Virus record (IMG/VR): IMGVR_UViG_3300021400_000379
Location: 1-64,000 of that record
Strand: one strand, 5' to 3'
Source: a virus
Lineage: Duplodnaviria; Caudoviricetes
Length of the DNA stretch: 64,000 nt
Program-made: the position numbers and the translations under genes
Shown here: piece by piece, positions 9,688 to 19,238 of the stretch
Position numbering within the stretch: position 1 is the stretch's first letter
How the letters are laid out: each line of letters starts with the position of its first letter
Notes under the pieces: generated by a model
The model's input: the letters and a program-made list of their open reading frames with translations, nothing else
The model's database searches: none
What the model was told of the DNA's origin: nothing

Positions 9688-10296
9688 ATGACACACGCAT
9701 TAGTTATTGTTGATATGCAGAATGACTTCATCGACGGAGCTTTTGCAAACCCTGAAGCACAGAAAATCGTACCGAAAGTGGCAGATCTCATCAGAAAATG
9801 GGACGGCCCGATTTATGTGACCCTTGATACTCACAAGGCCGAGGATTGGATGCGCACATCTTGGCATAAGGTCCTCAGGACTGAGATGGAGAAGCTCCCT
9901 GAGCATTGTATCAAATATACTCAGGGCTGGTTGCTTGCGCCCGAAATTGTCGAGGCGCTCAAGGGGAAAGATTACAAGATTATAGAGAAGGAGTCCTTCG
10001 CAGCAAGAGATTCCTTCCTGCATAGTTGCATAAATGTGTCGTCAGATATGAAATCTATCACCCTTGTCGGGCTCTGCACGGACATCTGCGTTGTATCTAA
10101 TGCATTGGAATTAGTTTCCGAGCACCCTTACACTACCGTGAGGGTTATCAGCGACTTGTGTGCGGGAACTACTCCCAAAAATCACGAAGCAGCCCTTGCA
10201 GTGATGATGTCCTGCTTGGTCGAGGTGACTGATTCTCATGAATTGCCTGAGGTATTGGATAAAGAAGTCAAAGAGAAGGAGGAGTATAATTGCTGA
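9688..10296 (+). CDS. pncA: nicotinamidase (isochorismatase-family cysteine hydrolase)
   Basis: VDMQNDF, TLDTH, HCI, K, GLCTDICV catalytic motifs; GAGGTGA RBS. Confidence 0.9.
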   Translation: MTHALVIVDMQNDFIDGAFANPEAQKIVPKVADLIRKWDGPIYVTLDTHKAEDWMRTSWHKVLRTEMEKLPEHCIKYTQGWLLAPEIVEALKGKDYKIIEKESFAARDSFLHSCINVSSDMKSITLVGLCTDICVVSNALELVSEHPYTTVRVISDLCAGTTPKNHEAALAVMMSCLVEVTDSHELPEVLDKEVKEKEEYNC

Positions 10297-11180
10297 CATT
10301 CAGAAACCTGAACGCGGGTATATGCGAACCCGTTCCAGACATCACCGTCAAATGGTACAATGACGGTACACCGAGCATACAGATACCAAGCCAATGGAAG
10401 GTATGTGGACAGCAGAACAGGGTACAGCTGGTCATCGAATGGAGGTTCGAAGCGGATATCTGGGAGAAGGAACTCTTCGTCTTGCAGTGCGTGATGGCGG
10501 AGATCGGTCGCGGAATCGGTGTGACCTTGTTCATGCCGTACGTGCCCAACGCCAGGATGGACAGGGTACCCCCAGCGAAGCGGGATGCATTCACTCTGAA
10601 GACGTTCGCCAAAATCATCAACAGTATGGGATTCGACAAGGTGGGCGTCCGTGACCCGCACTCCGACGTGACCACTGCGCTGATTGACAGGTGTGAGGCA
10701 GACAAGCCCTGGCCAGGAATAAACTGGTTGGCGGCGAATACCAACAAGCCTGTCTGGCTGTTCCCTGACGCGGGAGCGATGCACAGATACGCAGACATTA
10801 TCCCTGAGGGGCAGGACGTGACCTATGGAACGAAGGTGAGGAACTGGGATACTCAGTACATCGAAGGATACAAGCTGATGGCTGGGAACATGCTGTGCGG
10901 TCGCAACGTGGTCATCGTGGACGACATAATCTCCCACGGATACACCCTGCTGTTCCTGCTGAAGGCGCTGGAGGAGTACTGCCCGAAGTCGGTGAAGATA
11001 TATGCGACACACGTCGAGGACTCCTTTGCCGACGGAGAGCTGTATAAGCAGCTCCGTAGCGGAGAGCTGAACGCCGAGGTGTACACGAGCAACTCGATAG
11101 TTAGGAAGAGGATACAAGAGGAAACTGTGGCGATCAATCCAACGGTAATCCGTTTGAAAATAAAGGAGGAGAAGGAATGA
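10290..11180 (+). CDS. phage-type ribose-phosphate pyrophosphokinase-like protein (candidate ADPR-PP synthetase)
   Basis: MPYVPNARMDR, DPHSDV, FPDAGA, KVR, IVDDIISHGYT. Confidence 0.85.
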   Translation: MLTFRNLNAGICEPVPDITVKWYNDGTPSIQIPSQWKVCGQQNRVQLVIEWRFEADIWEKELFVLQCVMAEIGRGIGVTLFMPYVPNARMDRVPPAKRDAFTLKTFAKIINSMGFDKVGVRDPHSDVTTALIDRCEADKPWPGINWLAANTNKPVWLFPDAGAMHRYADIIPEGQDVTYGTKVRNWDTQYIEGYKLMAGNMLCGRNVVIVDDIISHGYTLLFLLKALEEYCPKSVKIYATHVEDSFADGELYKQLRSGELNAEVYTSNSIVRKRIQEETVAINPTVIRLKIKEEKE

Positions 11181-12664
11181 AATACAACCCAATGTTAGCA
11201 TGCGACTATTACAAAGCAGTTCACGCACAGATGTTACCGAAAGGTATCACCAAGTCCGTGAGCTACTTCACACCAAGGAGCTCACGCATTCCCGGATGGG
11301 ATACGGCAGTGTTCTTCGGACTGCAGGGATTCATCAAGGAATATCTCATCGAGATGTTCAACGAGAATTTCTTCGGAAGACCTAGATTCAAGGTGATGAC
11401 AGAGATCAGGGCTGTCTTTGAGAATACCTTAGGCCCTCTGGAGTCCACGAATTACAAGAATATCGAACAGCTCCACGAACTCGGTTATCTGCCGATCGAG
11501 ATCAGGGCTTTGCCTGAGGGAATCCATGTCCCGATGGGTGTTCCGATGTTCTCCATCACGAACACCCACCCTGATTTCGCATGGCTCCCCCAGTATCTGG
11601 AGTCCTTGATATCCAGTGAGATGTGGCACGGAATCATCGTCGCAACCGTGGCAGACAAGTACAGGCAGATTGTGGATAAGTGGTATGAAAAGACCGTTGA
11701 AGACCCTTCTACCGCGAAGTTCGCCCTGAGTTGTTTTGATATGAGGGGTGAAGAATCGTTCTCCGATGCAGTGAAAGCGGGAGCAGCATGGGCAACATCC
11801 TTCGTGCCTTGTGCAACGGTGGAGACCGCACGGTACCTGAACGAGTATTATTACGTATTGGGTAGATCAATCTCCGGATCTCCTTCCACCGAGCACGCAG
11901 TGATGTGTTCCAATGCAGCTGTCGACGGGGATGAGGAAACATTCGTGAAAAGGATGCTGAAGGAAATATATCCTACGCAGAACTTCTCGATTGTGCTCGA
12001 TTCCTACGACTACTGGAGGATGGTGAAGGAAGTCCTTCCCAAGCTGAAAGAAGACATCCTTGCACATGATGGGTGCATGCTGGTTCGCGGAGATTCAGGC
12101 GACCCTGTCGAGGTAGTCACCCAGACCGTATTCGCACTGTGGGATATCTTCGGAGGCACTGCCAATTCCAAGGGCTACAAGGTTCTGGACCCGCACATTA
12201 AGGCAATCTATGGGGATGGAATCACCTTGCAGAGATGTGAGGAGATTTATTCCATCTTAGAGAGCCACGGATTCGCGGCCAACAACGTTGCATTGGGTGT
12301 GGGATCATATTCGATGCAGGCGGTAAACATCGATGGAGTGCACTATCCTTTCACAAGGGATACGTTCAACATCGCGATCAAAGCCACCTACATCGAAGTG
12401 AACGGGAAACCGTACATGATTCAGAAGAGCCCCAAGGTAAACGGAGCACACGGAGAGACTACCGAGTACTTCAAGAAATCCAAGAAAGGATGCATCGGGG
12501 TGTACAACGACTATTGTGATTATTATGCAAAAGATATGCTCACATACGATGAATTCACAAAAGACCCAGACAATCAGTTGAAAACAGTATTCAAAGACGG
12601 AAAGATAACTAAACCTACCTCATTGGATACTATCAGAGATCTTCTTGACTTCTATAGGGAGTGA
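11177..12664 (+). CDS. NAMPT-fold nicotinate/nicotinamide phosphoribosyl- or ADP-ribosyl-transferase
   Basis: DYYK..H, STEHAVMC, VLDSYD, RGDSGDP, IYGDGIT, TRDT, KKSKKG. Confidence 0.9.
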   Translation: MKYNPMLACDYYKAVHAQMLPKGITKSVSYFTPRSSRIPGWDTAVFFGLQGFIKEYLIEMFNENFFGRPRFKVMTEIRAVFENTLGPLESTNYKNIEQLHELGYLPIEIRALPEGIHVPMGVPMFSITNTHPDFAWLPQYLESLISSEMWHGIIVATVADKYRQIVDKWYEKTVEDPSTAKFALSCFDMRGEESFSDAVKAGAAWATSFVPCATVETARYLNEYYYVLGRSISGSPSTEHAVMCSNAAVDGDEETFVKRMLKEIYPTQNFSIVLDSYDYWRMVKEVLPKLKEDILAHDGCMLVRGDSGDPVEVVTQTVFALWDIFGGTANSKGYKVLDPHIKAIYGDGITLQRCEEIYSILESHGFAANNVALGVGSYSMQAVNIDGVHYPFTRDTFNIAIKATYIEVNGKPYMIQKSPKVNGAHGETTEYFKKSKKGCIGVYNDYCDYYAKDMLTYDEFTKDPDNQLKTVFKDGKITKPTSLDTIRDLLDFYRE

Positions 12665-12669
12665 AATAA

Positions 12670-13524
12670 ATGGACGACTACATGAAAGATTATGACGCAG
12701 AAGCCGCAGCAGACGATCTGATCAGGTGGATCAGGGCGTTCTTCAAGGGTTCTGGAGGTAAGACCGCGGTTATAGGTATGAGCGGAGGAAAGGACTCCAC
12801 CATCGTAGCAGCCTTGTGTGCAGAAGCATTGGGAAAAGAGAATGTTGTGGGGGTGATTATGCCGAACAGAAGAATGAAAGACGAAAAGACCGCAGTGAAC
12901 GCCGCCATGAAGTATTGTGGTAAATGGATGTACAGGTCTATCGGACCTGCATATCTCCACTTCGCGATCGGTGCAGGTTACAATGAATGCACTCCCAAGA
13001 TGGATAGAGATATCTATTGGGAAGATGGCCGTCACTGGTTGGAGCTTAGGGGGTTAGACGGATATGATCCTCACCTGACTGTGACAGACACAGCAGTCAT
13101 TAACCTCCCCGCTAGATTGAGGATGTGCGCACTGTACTTCGTGGCGCAGTGTGTAGAGCACGGCAGGGTCGCGAATACCTGCAACCTCTCCGAGGACTGG
13201 GTAGGGTATGCAACCCGTTACGGAGATGGAGCAGGAGATTTCGCGCCGTTGCACGATTATACCGTGCAAGAGGTCAAGGCCATCGGACATTATTTGGGCG
13301 TTCCCAAAGAGCTGGTCGAGAAAGTACCCGACGACGGACTCTGCGGCAAGACTGACGAGGACAATCTGGGATTCACATACGAGGTGTTGGACAGGTATAT
13401 CCGCACGGGCGAGTGTGAAGATCAGGCAGTCAAAGAAAAGATAGACCAGATGCATGTGAGGAATCTGTTCAAACTTGAACCGATACCCTATTGCTACAAT
13501 GGGTGGTGGAAAAACAAGGAGTGA
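12670..13524 (+). CDS. nadE: NH3-dependent NAD+ synthetase
   Basis: GMSGGKDS PP-loop, NLPARLRM, TCNLSE, GYATRYGDG, PDDGL, DEDNLG. Confidence 0.93.
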   Translation: MDDYMKDYDAEAAADDLIRWIRAFFKGSGGKTAVIGMSGGKDSTIVAALCAEALGKENVVGVIMPNRRMKDEKTAVNAAMKYCGKWMYRSIGPAYLHFAIGAGYNECTPKMDRDIYWEDGRHWLELRGLDGYDPHLTVTDTAVINLPARLRMCALYFVAQCVEHGRVANTCNLSEDWVGYATRYGDGAGDFAPLHDYTVQEVKAIGHYLGVPKELVEKVPDDGLCGKTDEDNLGFTYEVLDRYIRTGECEDQAVKEKIDQMHVRNLFKLEPIPYCYNGWWKNKE

Positions 13525-13529
13525 TACAT

Positions 13530-13760
13530 ATGAGTGTCGATAAGGCTTGGATTGATTAGTACCAGCAGGCGAAGGATAAATTGTGTAACGCGCTGTCTGA
13601 ATTTGAGTGGCAAGTCCTGGATCAAGTTCCAGATGCATTTTCAGGACATACTGATGAGATGTTTTCTGAAATTTCCAGACTTAGGGTGCAGTTGAGGGTA
13701 TATACCGATTTCCTCTGGGCTGCATACAACCTTGATAAGAAATTCGGAGATGTAGAATAA
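13530..13760 (+). CDS. hypothetical protein with in-frame TAG at codon 10 (76 aa by read-through)
   Basis: AAGGAGTGA RBS, ATG 13530, TAG 13557-13559, open to TAA 13758-13760; fills the gap after nadE. Confidence 0.75.
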
Positions 13761-13775
13761 CTGAGGTGATACAAG

Positions 13776-14120
13776 ATGACTGATGAAGAAGTATGGGTCG
13801 AGGACCAACCGCTGTCTGAGACCGCAAAGAAAGTTCTTGAGCTTTTGCCCGAGAGCACCAAAGAGAAATCTGAGCTGATCCTGGAGATTATGGCACACGA
13901 CACAGATCTCGTCGACGCAGTATTCGGGAGATGGATTTACGAAATCCAAGCATACATGTTATCTGAATGCGGAGAAGATGCAGAGAAATCCAACGATTTC
14001 GTACGGACATTCTATGAAAACTGCAAATATCTTGCAATGTCTGCGAAAGAGAAATACTTCCCAGACGTCGAACTGACATTCGATGCAATGAAGGACTACG
14101 AACCCGAAAAGGAGGAGTGA
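13776..14120 (+). CDS. acidic hypothetical protein
   Basis: GAGGTGA RBS. Confidence 0.75.
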   Translation: MTDEEVWVEDQPLSETAKKVLELLPESTKEKSELILEIMAHDTDLVDAVFGRWIYEIQAYMLSECGEDAEKSNDFVRTFYENCKYLAMSAKEKYFPDVELTFDAMKDYEPEKEE

Positions 14121-14341
14121 GGTTGAGATATGATAGAGCTGCACAGAAACTGACCAAGGTATGTCAAACCTGTGGAAAGGTTGTAGAAATCCCCTGTACT
14201 TTGGAACAGTACCAAAAGTACAGGCGCGGTTTTGCAAACAAAGACATAGTCCTGACTCCCAGCGATGGAGAGATATTCATCTCCAATATGTGCGGAGAAT
14301 GTTTCTACAAGCTGCTCGACAAGATGTACAAAGAAGAGTGA
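14117..14341 (+). CDS. Zn-finger protein
   Basis: CQTCG...FISNMCGECF. Confidence 0.7.
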   Translation: MRLRYDRAAQKLTKVCQTCGKVVEIPCTLEQYQKYRRGFANKDIVLTPSDGEIFISNMCGECFYKLLDKMYKEE

Positions 14342-14345
14342 TACG

Positions 14346-14822
14346 ATGGATCTTGGTGCATATGTACAGATTGACGACATTTCTGAACTTGCGAAAGCCA
14401 ACGGAATCGAGGTACAGCGCCTTCGCGGTTACAGACTGATGGTAGAAGAGGAGCCTCTGACACAGGAGGAGATTCTGAAATCTGCCGAGGATAATTCCAG
14501 GGTAATCAAAAGGCTTCACAGATTCAAGCCAGGCAGACACCAGCGCAGCAGTTGGTGGGATGACGACCCGCGTCAAGTCAGGGGGCAGGCTAAAAAGGCA
14601 TACAAACGTACTGTCAGACAGCTCCAGACCTACAATAAATATTGCGGGAGGAACGATGTCCTGATGATTCACGCACGCATAGGTGGGCCGAACTGGGAAG
14701 ATTTCGGTGGGCCACTGCTTAAACTGGAGCCTTGGTTCCTGGAGAAGGCGGACGACGGCTTCGACAATACCTACTGCGACATCTATGCAAGAATCAAACC
14801 AATCAAGGAGGAATTAAAATGA
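14346..14822 (+). CDS. conserved phage hypothetical protein (paralog of 3947..4507)
   Basis: Shared motifs as listed for 3947..4507. Confidence 0.8.
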   Translation: MDLGAYVQIDDISELAKANGIEVQRLRGYRLMVEEEPLTQEEILKSAEDNSRVIKRLHRFKPGRHQRSSWWDDDPRQVRGQAKKAYKRTVRQLQTYNKYCGRNDVLMIHARIGGPNWEDFGGPLLKLEPWFLEKADDGFDNTYCDIYARIKPIKEELK

Positions 14823-15058
14823 TTGATAGATGGAATGGAAAGAAGGTCAAAACTATGGAAGTCTATGTCAGTATCGAAGTAGACGTATCTAAAGTCGCGA
14901 CCTACAAGGAAGCTTGTGAACTAGCGGAACTTAAGGCGCAACAGATGACTGATGCTCTTGAACCGCAGTTCACAATTACTGACTGGTATGAAGTATACAG
15001 AGATAAAGAAACAGGGGAATGTCAAGACCCCGTGGACGAAACAACAAAGGAGGAATGA
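14819..15058 (+). CDS. hypothetical protein
   Basis: AAGGAGG RBS, ATGA overlap. Confidence 0.65.
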   Translation: MIDRWNGKKVKTMEVYVSIEVDVSKVATYKEACELAELKAQQMTDALEPQFTITDWYEVYRDKETGECQDPVDETTKEE

Positions 15059-15059
15059 T

Positions 15060-15218
15060 GTGGAAGAAGAATCTAAACCCTGCATACAGAAACTCACATA
15101 CCCTGCAAGAATTGCGAATAAAGGGAATGTGACAGCTGTCGTCGTCCCGGTATTGGTAATCAATGAGATGGGATTGAACGTAGGTGATCTGGTGCAGGTC
15201 ACCTTGGAAAAGTTATGA
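15060..15218 (+). CDS. AbrB/MazE/SpoVT-like DNA-binding protein
   Basis: RIANKGNVTAVVVP...EMGLNVGDLVQVTLE. Confidence 0.7.
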   Translation: MEEESKPCIQKLTYPARIANKGNVTAVVVPVLVINEMGLNVGDLVQVTLEKL

Positions 15219-15338
15219 AGGAGGATGATTGAATGAATAATACAGACGCGATCTATGAATGGCTACATCCATGGGAAGAACAGATTGAGTGGGAAGAATG
15301 GATTGAATATTTGAAATACGGAACAGGAGAGTGAAAGA

Positions 15339-15503
15339 ATGAGACCAATCGTAGTAAGAAAAGGTTGGGTCAAGGAATGGGAAGCTGACTCAGCATTCAC
15401 AATCGTAATAGAGACCGAGAACGAAGAAGATCGGAGGGCCCTGTTAGAAACCATGAGAGATAACAAGGGATTGAAGATTACGATAGAGGAGGAAGGTGAA
15501 TGA
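15339..15503 (+). CDS. small hypothetical protein
   Basis: GGAGAGTGA RBS, coupled to next gene. Confidence 0.55.
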   Translation: MRPIVVRKGWVKEWEADSAFTIVIETENEEDRRALLETMRDNKGLKITIEEEGE

Positions 15504-15652
15504 TTGAGGATTTGAAATCATGTCCTTGTTGTGGTTCATCGAGAATCCATGTCGTAGCACCAGATGACGGATGTTATTGTTGGGACTGCGGATTGACTAT
15601 GCCCAAGCGTCCTGATTGGAGAGCGCGTTGGAACAGGAGAGCGGATGAATGA
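15500..15652 (+). CDS. Lar-like (restriction alleviation) Zn-ribbon microprotein
   Basis: LKSCPCCGS...CWDCG...WNRRA; not in the ORF track. Confidence 0.65.
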   Translation: MIEDLKSCPCCGSSRIHVVAPDDGCYCWDCGLTMPKRPDWRARWNRRADE

Positions 15653-15810
15653 CGACAATCAAGGTGACTGCTGAACTTGTATTCGAAACCGAAGAAGAGT
15701 TCAATAAATTCATGGATGACTGGAATTGTTGCGACGACGAGGAATGCGTATAGATTCCTGCAGGATGGATAAACAAAGTGAACTGGAGAGAATTACACAG
15801 GGAAGAATAA
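15649..15810 (+). CDS. small protein with in-frame TAG at codon 35 (53 aa by read-through)
   Basis: ATGA overlap; TAG 15751-15753; TAA 15808-15810 two bases before the next ATG. Confidence 0.55.
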
Positions 15811-15812
15811 AA

Positions 15813-16085
15813 ATGACAAAAATTGCAAAAATTAAGCAAGGTGGAATATTCAAAGCCGGTAAGGTAATGATAACCACCATCAAGAAGAACGGAGAAGAAG
15901 GCGAAACAAAAGCATACAACATTAGTGGCAAGGTGAAGATTGAGGACATGGACGGTAAACATATCCTGAACTTCACCTCCATTTCAGGCGGGTCGGCAGG
16001 CGTCACGTCCAGAGGCACTGTAAGTGCCAGGGCGTATACAAGGCGTCAGTCGATTGTCGTAGATGAATATACATTCATCAACTGA
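15813..16085 (+). CDS. hypothetical protein
   Basis: ATG 15813 in frame with track ORF 15726..16085. Confidence 0.65.
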   Translation: MTKIAKIKQGGIFKAGKVMITTIKKNGEEGETKAYNISGKVKIEDMDGKHILNFTSISGGSAGVTSRGTVSARAYTRRQSIVVDEYTFIN

Positions 16086-16132
16086 TAAACTATTTCGAAA
16101 CTTATTAATTGAACTTTGAAAGGAGTGAAAAT

Positions 16133-17638
16133 ATGGAAAATATTGATGTGAAACAGCTGTATAGGATGAATGTGATTGACAACACCGAGGTCACCGAGAA
16201 CGGAGTGCGTAAGCCCAAGGCAGACCACTACTATTCATATGAGATGATCTACAATTCGGGTATTGACGGAGGATGGGAGAAGAGGAGAGACGGCGTTGCA
16301 ATAGCAAGGTTGTTCCTTCTGCCTTCCCAGACCAAGTATTTTACTATGGACCTGTCTTCTAAAAAGAAAGCGGCCAACCCCGTTGCAGAGATCTTGACTG
16401 CGAGGACATTCGTCAACTTCTGGAACAGACTTCCGTCGCATACTGTCGAGTACGACCATGAAGTGTTCGATTATTTCGAGAGGGCCCCCAAATTCTTGAG
16501 CAATTTACTGTCGGTAATAGAGCACAAGAATTTCCTTCCCGCATGTAAGTTGGGATTGATGGCAATCCACAGCCACCGCTGGGATATCGACCGCGGATCC
16601 TACTTCATGAATCGTATGAAGATTACCGAATCTACTCCGCTGAATAAGTATATCATCAAGGTCGCACAGGAGTCTGGTATAGACAAGGAAGTGATCAATC
16701 ATGCTATTTCCGGAGAATATTCTGGTAATGGTAAGCTAAATCGGTCAGTCCTGAAATTCTTCAGCAACTGTGAGAAATTGTACGGACTGGACTCTACAAA
16801 GACCCACTTCGTAGACAAATGGTTCAGGGAGTTGGATATGTATGGAGATGGAGACAGCATGAGTGACCTCGCGGCGATTTTCATTAAACATGGAGGATAC
16901 GGAGATGATCTGCCCAAATCATATAATGGCGATCTCGAGAAGGCCGCACATGATAACCTCAGGGTATTCGACCCTAAGACTCTCTCGGATTATCTGTTCT
17001 ATGGGCTGAAACGTCAGGGACTCCTCGACATCGGCAGGGCAGGAATGTACTTGAAGGATACCTACAGAGCTCAGGAGACTCTGTATGGTAAAATCAAGGA
17101 GAAATATCCCCCTGCGCTTGCAACACTCCATGACCAGATGAACTATAAAATCCGTGTCTATGAGTCCATCCAGGAAGCAGACGCATACCTGAAGAGGGCA
17201 AAAGATGGAGCTATTTACGAGGGAGAGGCCTATGGATATGTACTCAAACTTCTCAGCACTACGGGAGATGTCATCGATGAGGCGACTCAGATGGCGAACT
17301 GTGTCAAGACATACATCAAGTACGTTATCAATGGACAGTGTTTCCTGATGGGTCTGAGGAGGAAAGCTACTCCTGATGAATCTCTTGTAACCGTAGAGAT
17401 CAGGAACGGTGAGCCTGTGCAGATATACAGGGCTCACAACACCCCTGTCACAGCCGCAGATAAATATGCGCTGTGGACCATCATGAAGAAATATTATGAC
17501 GCTCACAGTATGACCGAAAAATCGGCCAAAGCAAAAGCAGCGATTGCCGAAGTCAAGGACGAGGCGATTGCAGAATTGGAGGCAATGAAAAAGAAGGAAA
17601 AGGAAGATAAGCAGGGCGCAAAAGAGGAAAAGGCATAA
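16133..17638 (+). CDS. PcfJ-domain protein
   Basis: C-terminal EATQMANCVKTY...GLRRK..PDESLVTVEIR...QIYRAHN. Confidence 0.75.
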   Translation: MENIDVKQLYRMNVIDNTEVTENGVRKPKADHYYSYEMIYNSGIDGGWEKRRDGVAIARLFLLPSQTKYFTMDLSSKKKAANPVAEILTARTFVNFWNRLPSHTVEYDHEVFDYFERAPKFLSNLLSVIEHKNFLPACKLGLMAIHSHRWDIDRGSYFMNRMKITESTPLNKYIIKVAQESGIDKEVINHAISGEYSGNGKLNRSVLKFFSNCEKLYGLDSTKTHFVDKWFRELDMYGDGDSMSDLAAIFIKHGGYGDDLPKSYNGDLEKAAHDNLRVFDPKTLSDYLFYGLKRQGLLDIGRAGMYLKDTYRAQETLYGKIKEKYPPALATLHDQMNYKIRVYESIQEADAYLKRAKDGAIYEGEAYGYVLKLLSTTGDVIDEATQMANCVKTYIKYVINGQCFLMGLRRKATPDESLVTVEIRNGEPVQIYRAHNTPVTAADKYALWTIMKKYYDAHSMTEKSAKAKAAIAEVKDEAIAELEAMKKKEKEDKQGAKEEKA

Positions 17639-17684
17639 GCCAACTAAAACCAATTAATTATACAAATACAAAGGAGATAAAGAC

Positions 17685-18230
17685 ATGACTACTTTATACT
17701 ACGCTGGAACTGAGATCGGAGATGTTGACTACGTTACCATCGAGGATATCGCACGTGCTGTTGGAAAATCCGTTGATGACCTGGTATATGATTATGCCAG
17801 CGAGACCCACACCGTCAAGGAGATGTGCAAGGCAGACATGGAGGAGCTTAAGGATGATCTTCTCGAGGATATCCTTGAGGGCGACTATGACATGGACGGG
17901 GACCTCACCTTAATTGAGGAGGACGACGACGATGATGACGATGACGATGAGGAGGAATATTTCAGCTATTCCCCCAAGATCACCATCGGATATTACACCG
18001 ACAAGGGTACGGACAAGCTGGAGATGGACAAGATCACCAAGCCTACCTATGCCGCCTGCGGATGCCCCATCTGTGACAGCAAGCTCAAGGTCATCGCTAA
18101 GCTCGAGAGGATGACCAGGATGCCTACCCTTTACGCATCCATTTGCAAGGGTTGCGGAGCACACATCAGCTTCGGATCCGATGAGACCATCTTCTTCCCT
18201 CTGAAGGAGGAAGGAGATGGAAAAGAGTAA
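17685..18230 (+). CDS. acidic protein with poly-Asp tract and C-terminal Zn ribbon
   Basis: EEDDDDDDDDDEEE; CPIC...CKGC. Confidence 0.75.
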   Translation: MTTLYYAGTEIGDVDYVTIEDIARAVGKSVDDLVYDYASETHTVKEMCKADMEELKDDLLEDILEGDYDMDGDLTLIEEDDDDDDDDDEEEYFSYSPKITIGYYTDKGTDKLEMDKITKPTYAACGCPICDSKLKVIAKLERMTRMPTLYASICKGCGAHISFGSDETIFFPLKEEGDGKE

Positions 18231-18423
18231 GATCCAGTACCTCCCCGATATTCTCTGTCCTGTTTGCGGAACCGAGATGTCCGTGCAAGACTATCAGGCG
18301 TCGGATTCTTACTCGACTTCCGAAGTATGTACTGAACTGGAATGTTGCTGCGATAAATGCAAGTGTTATCGCACTCTCTATTGCGTATACAAACCAGCAT
18401 ACTATTACTTCGTCAAGGAATAA
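18217..18423 (+). CDS. Zn-ribbon protein
   Basis: CPVC...CDKC..LYCVYK; similar to 19364..19558. Confidence 0.7.
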   Translation: MEKSKIQYLPDILCPVCGTEMSVQDYQASDSYSTSEVCTELECCCDKCKCYRTLYCVYKPAYYYFVKE

Positions 18424-18457
18424 ACCATTTAGCGGGGGCAACCCCGCCAAACTTTTT
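18421..18457 (+). terminator. AAACCATTT plus hairpin terminator
   Basis: GCGGGG-GCAA-CCCCGC followed by AAACTTTTT. Confidence 0.65.
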
Positions 18458-18473
18458 CAAGGAGGAATAACCA

Positions 18474-19238
18474 ATGAAATTATCTGGTTTTAACTACATT
18501 GGTAAATACAGAACCAATGTATTGGCCACAGGAGATTCAATTCATGTGATTTATGTGTTGGATAACAACATATGCATTGGATTGTGTAGAACTAGATTCA
18601 AAAGAGACCATAATCCCTGGTTTGTTGCGTATGGACTGAATCCCTTTGTAGGCACATATGTCACAAGGAATATCGCAGACTACCCGAACAGATTTGAGTC
18701 ATATCAATCTGCAAAACAGTTCATTGAAACTATCTTCGAGAGATATCATCCCGAAATATTAGTCAATAACCATATAGCAGATAGGATAGCAAATGTATAT
18801 GCGCAGTATTGTATGGAAACTACTGGGCATGGGCTGGAGCGTAATTATAGAGGTGAAACCGTAGAGTATCCGTACATCGCGTATCATACTCCGTTAGCCA
18901 GGTCTTCAGCGCCATCAATGCACAGCTGGCTCCACTCATCGCTGGTCAAGGACTTTCTGGGTTCCGACGATGTAGACGGATCTCTACCTACATTGGACGC
19001 ATTTTTTGACATATGTGCCCAGAGGTGGGAGGATTATGAGGCAAAATACCAAGAGACTGTACGTGCCGAACAAGAGTATAGCAGACAGCATCCTGAAGCA
19101 AGCCCGCATCGGTACCCCAACCGTCACAAGGTTTGTGCCAGTCGCCCCGTGACAATCACTATTGAGGATGGAGCTATGCAATCGTTTCTCTCAAACCAGG
19201 GCGGATGTGCAGAGAGGAGGTGTGATCCGAATGACTGA
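18474..19238 (+). CDS. hypothetical protein
   Basis: AAGGAGG RBS, 254 aa. Confidence 0.7.
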   Translation: MKLSGFNYIGKYRTNVLATGDSIHVIYVLDNNICIGLCRTRFKRDHNPWFVAYGLNPFVGTYVTRNIADYPNRFESYQSAKQFIETIFERYHPEILVNNHIADRIANVYAQYCMETTGHGLERNYRGETVEYPYIAYHTPLARSSAPSMHSWLHSSLVKDFLGSDDVDGSLPTLDAFFDICAQRWEDYEAKYQETVRAEQEYSRQHPEASPHRYPNRHKVCASRPVTITIEDGAMQSFLSNQGGCAERRCDPND

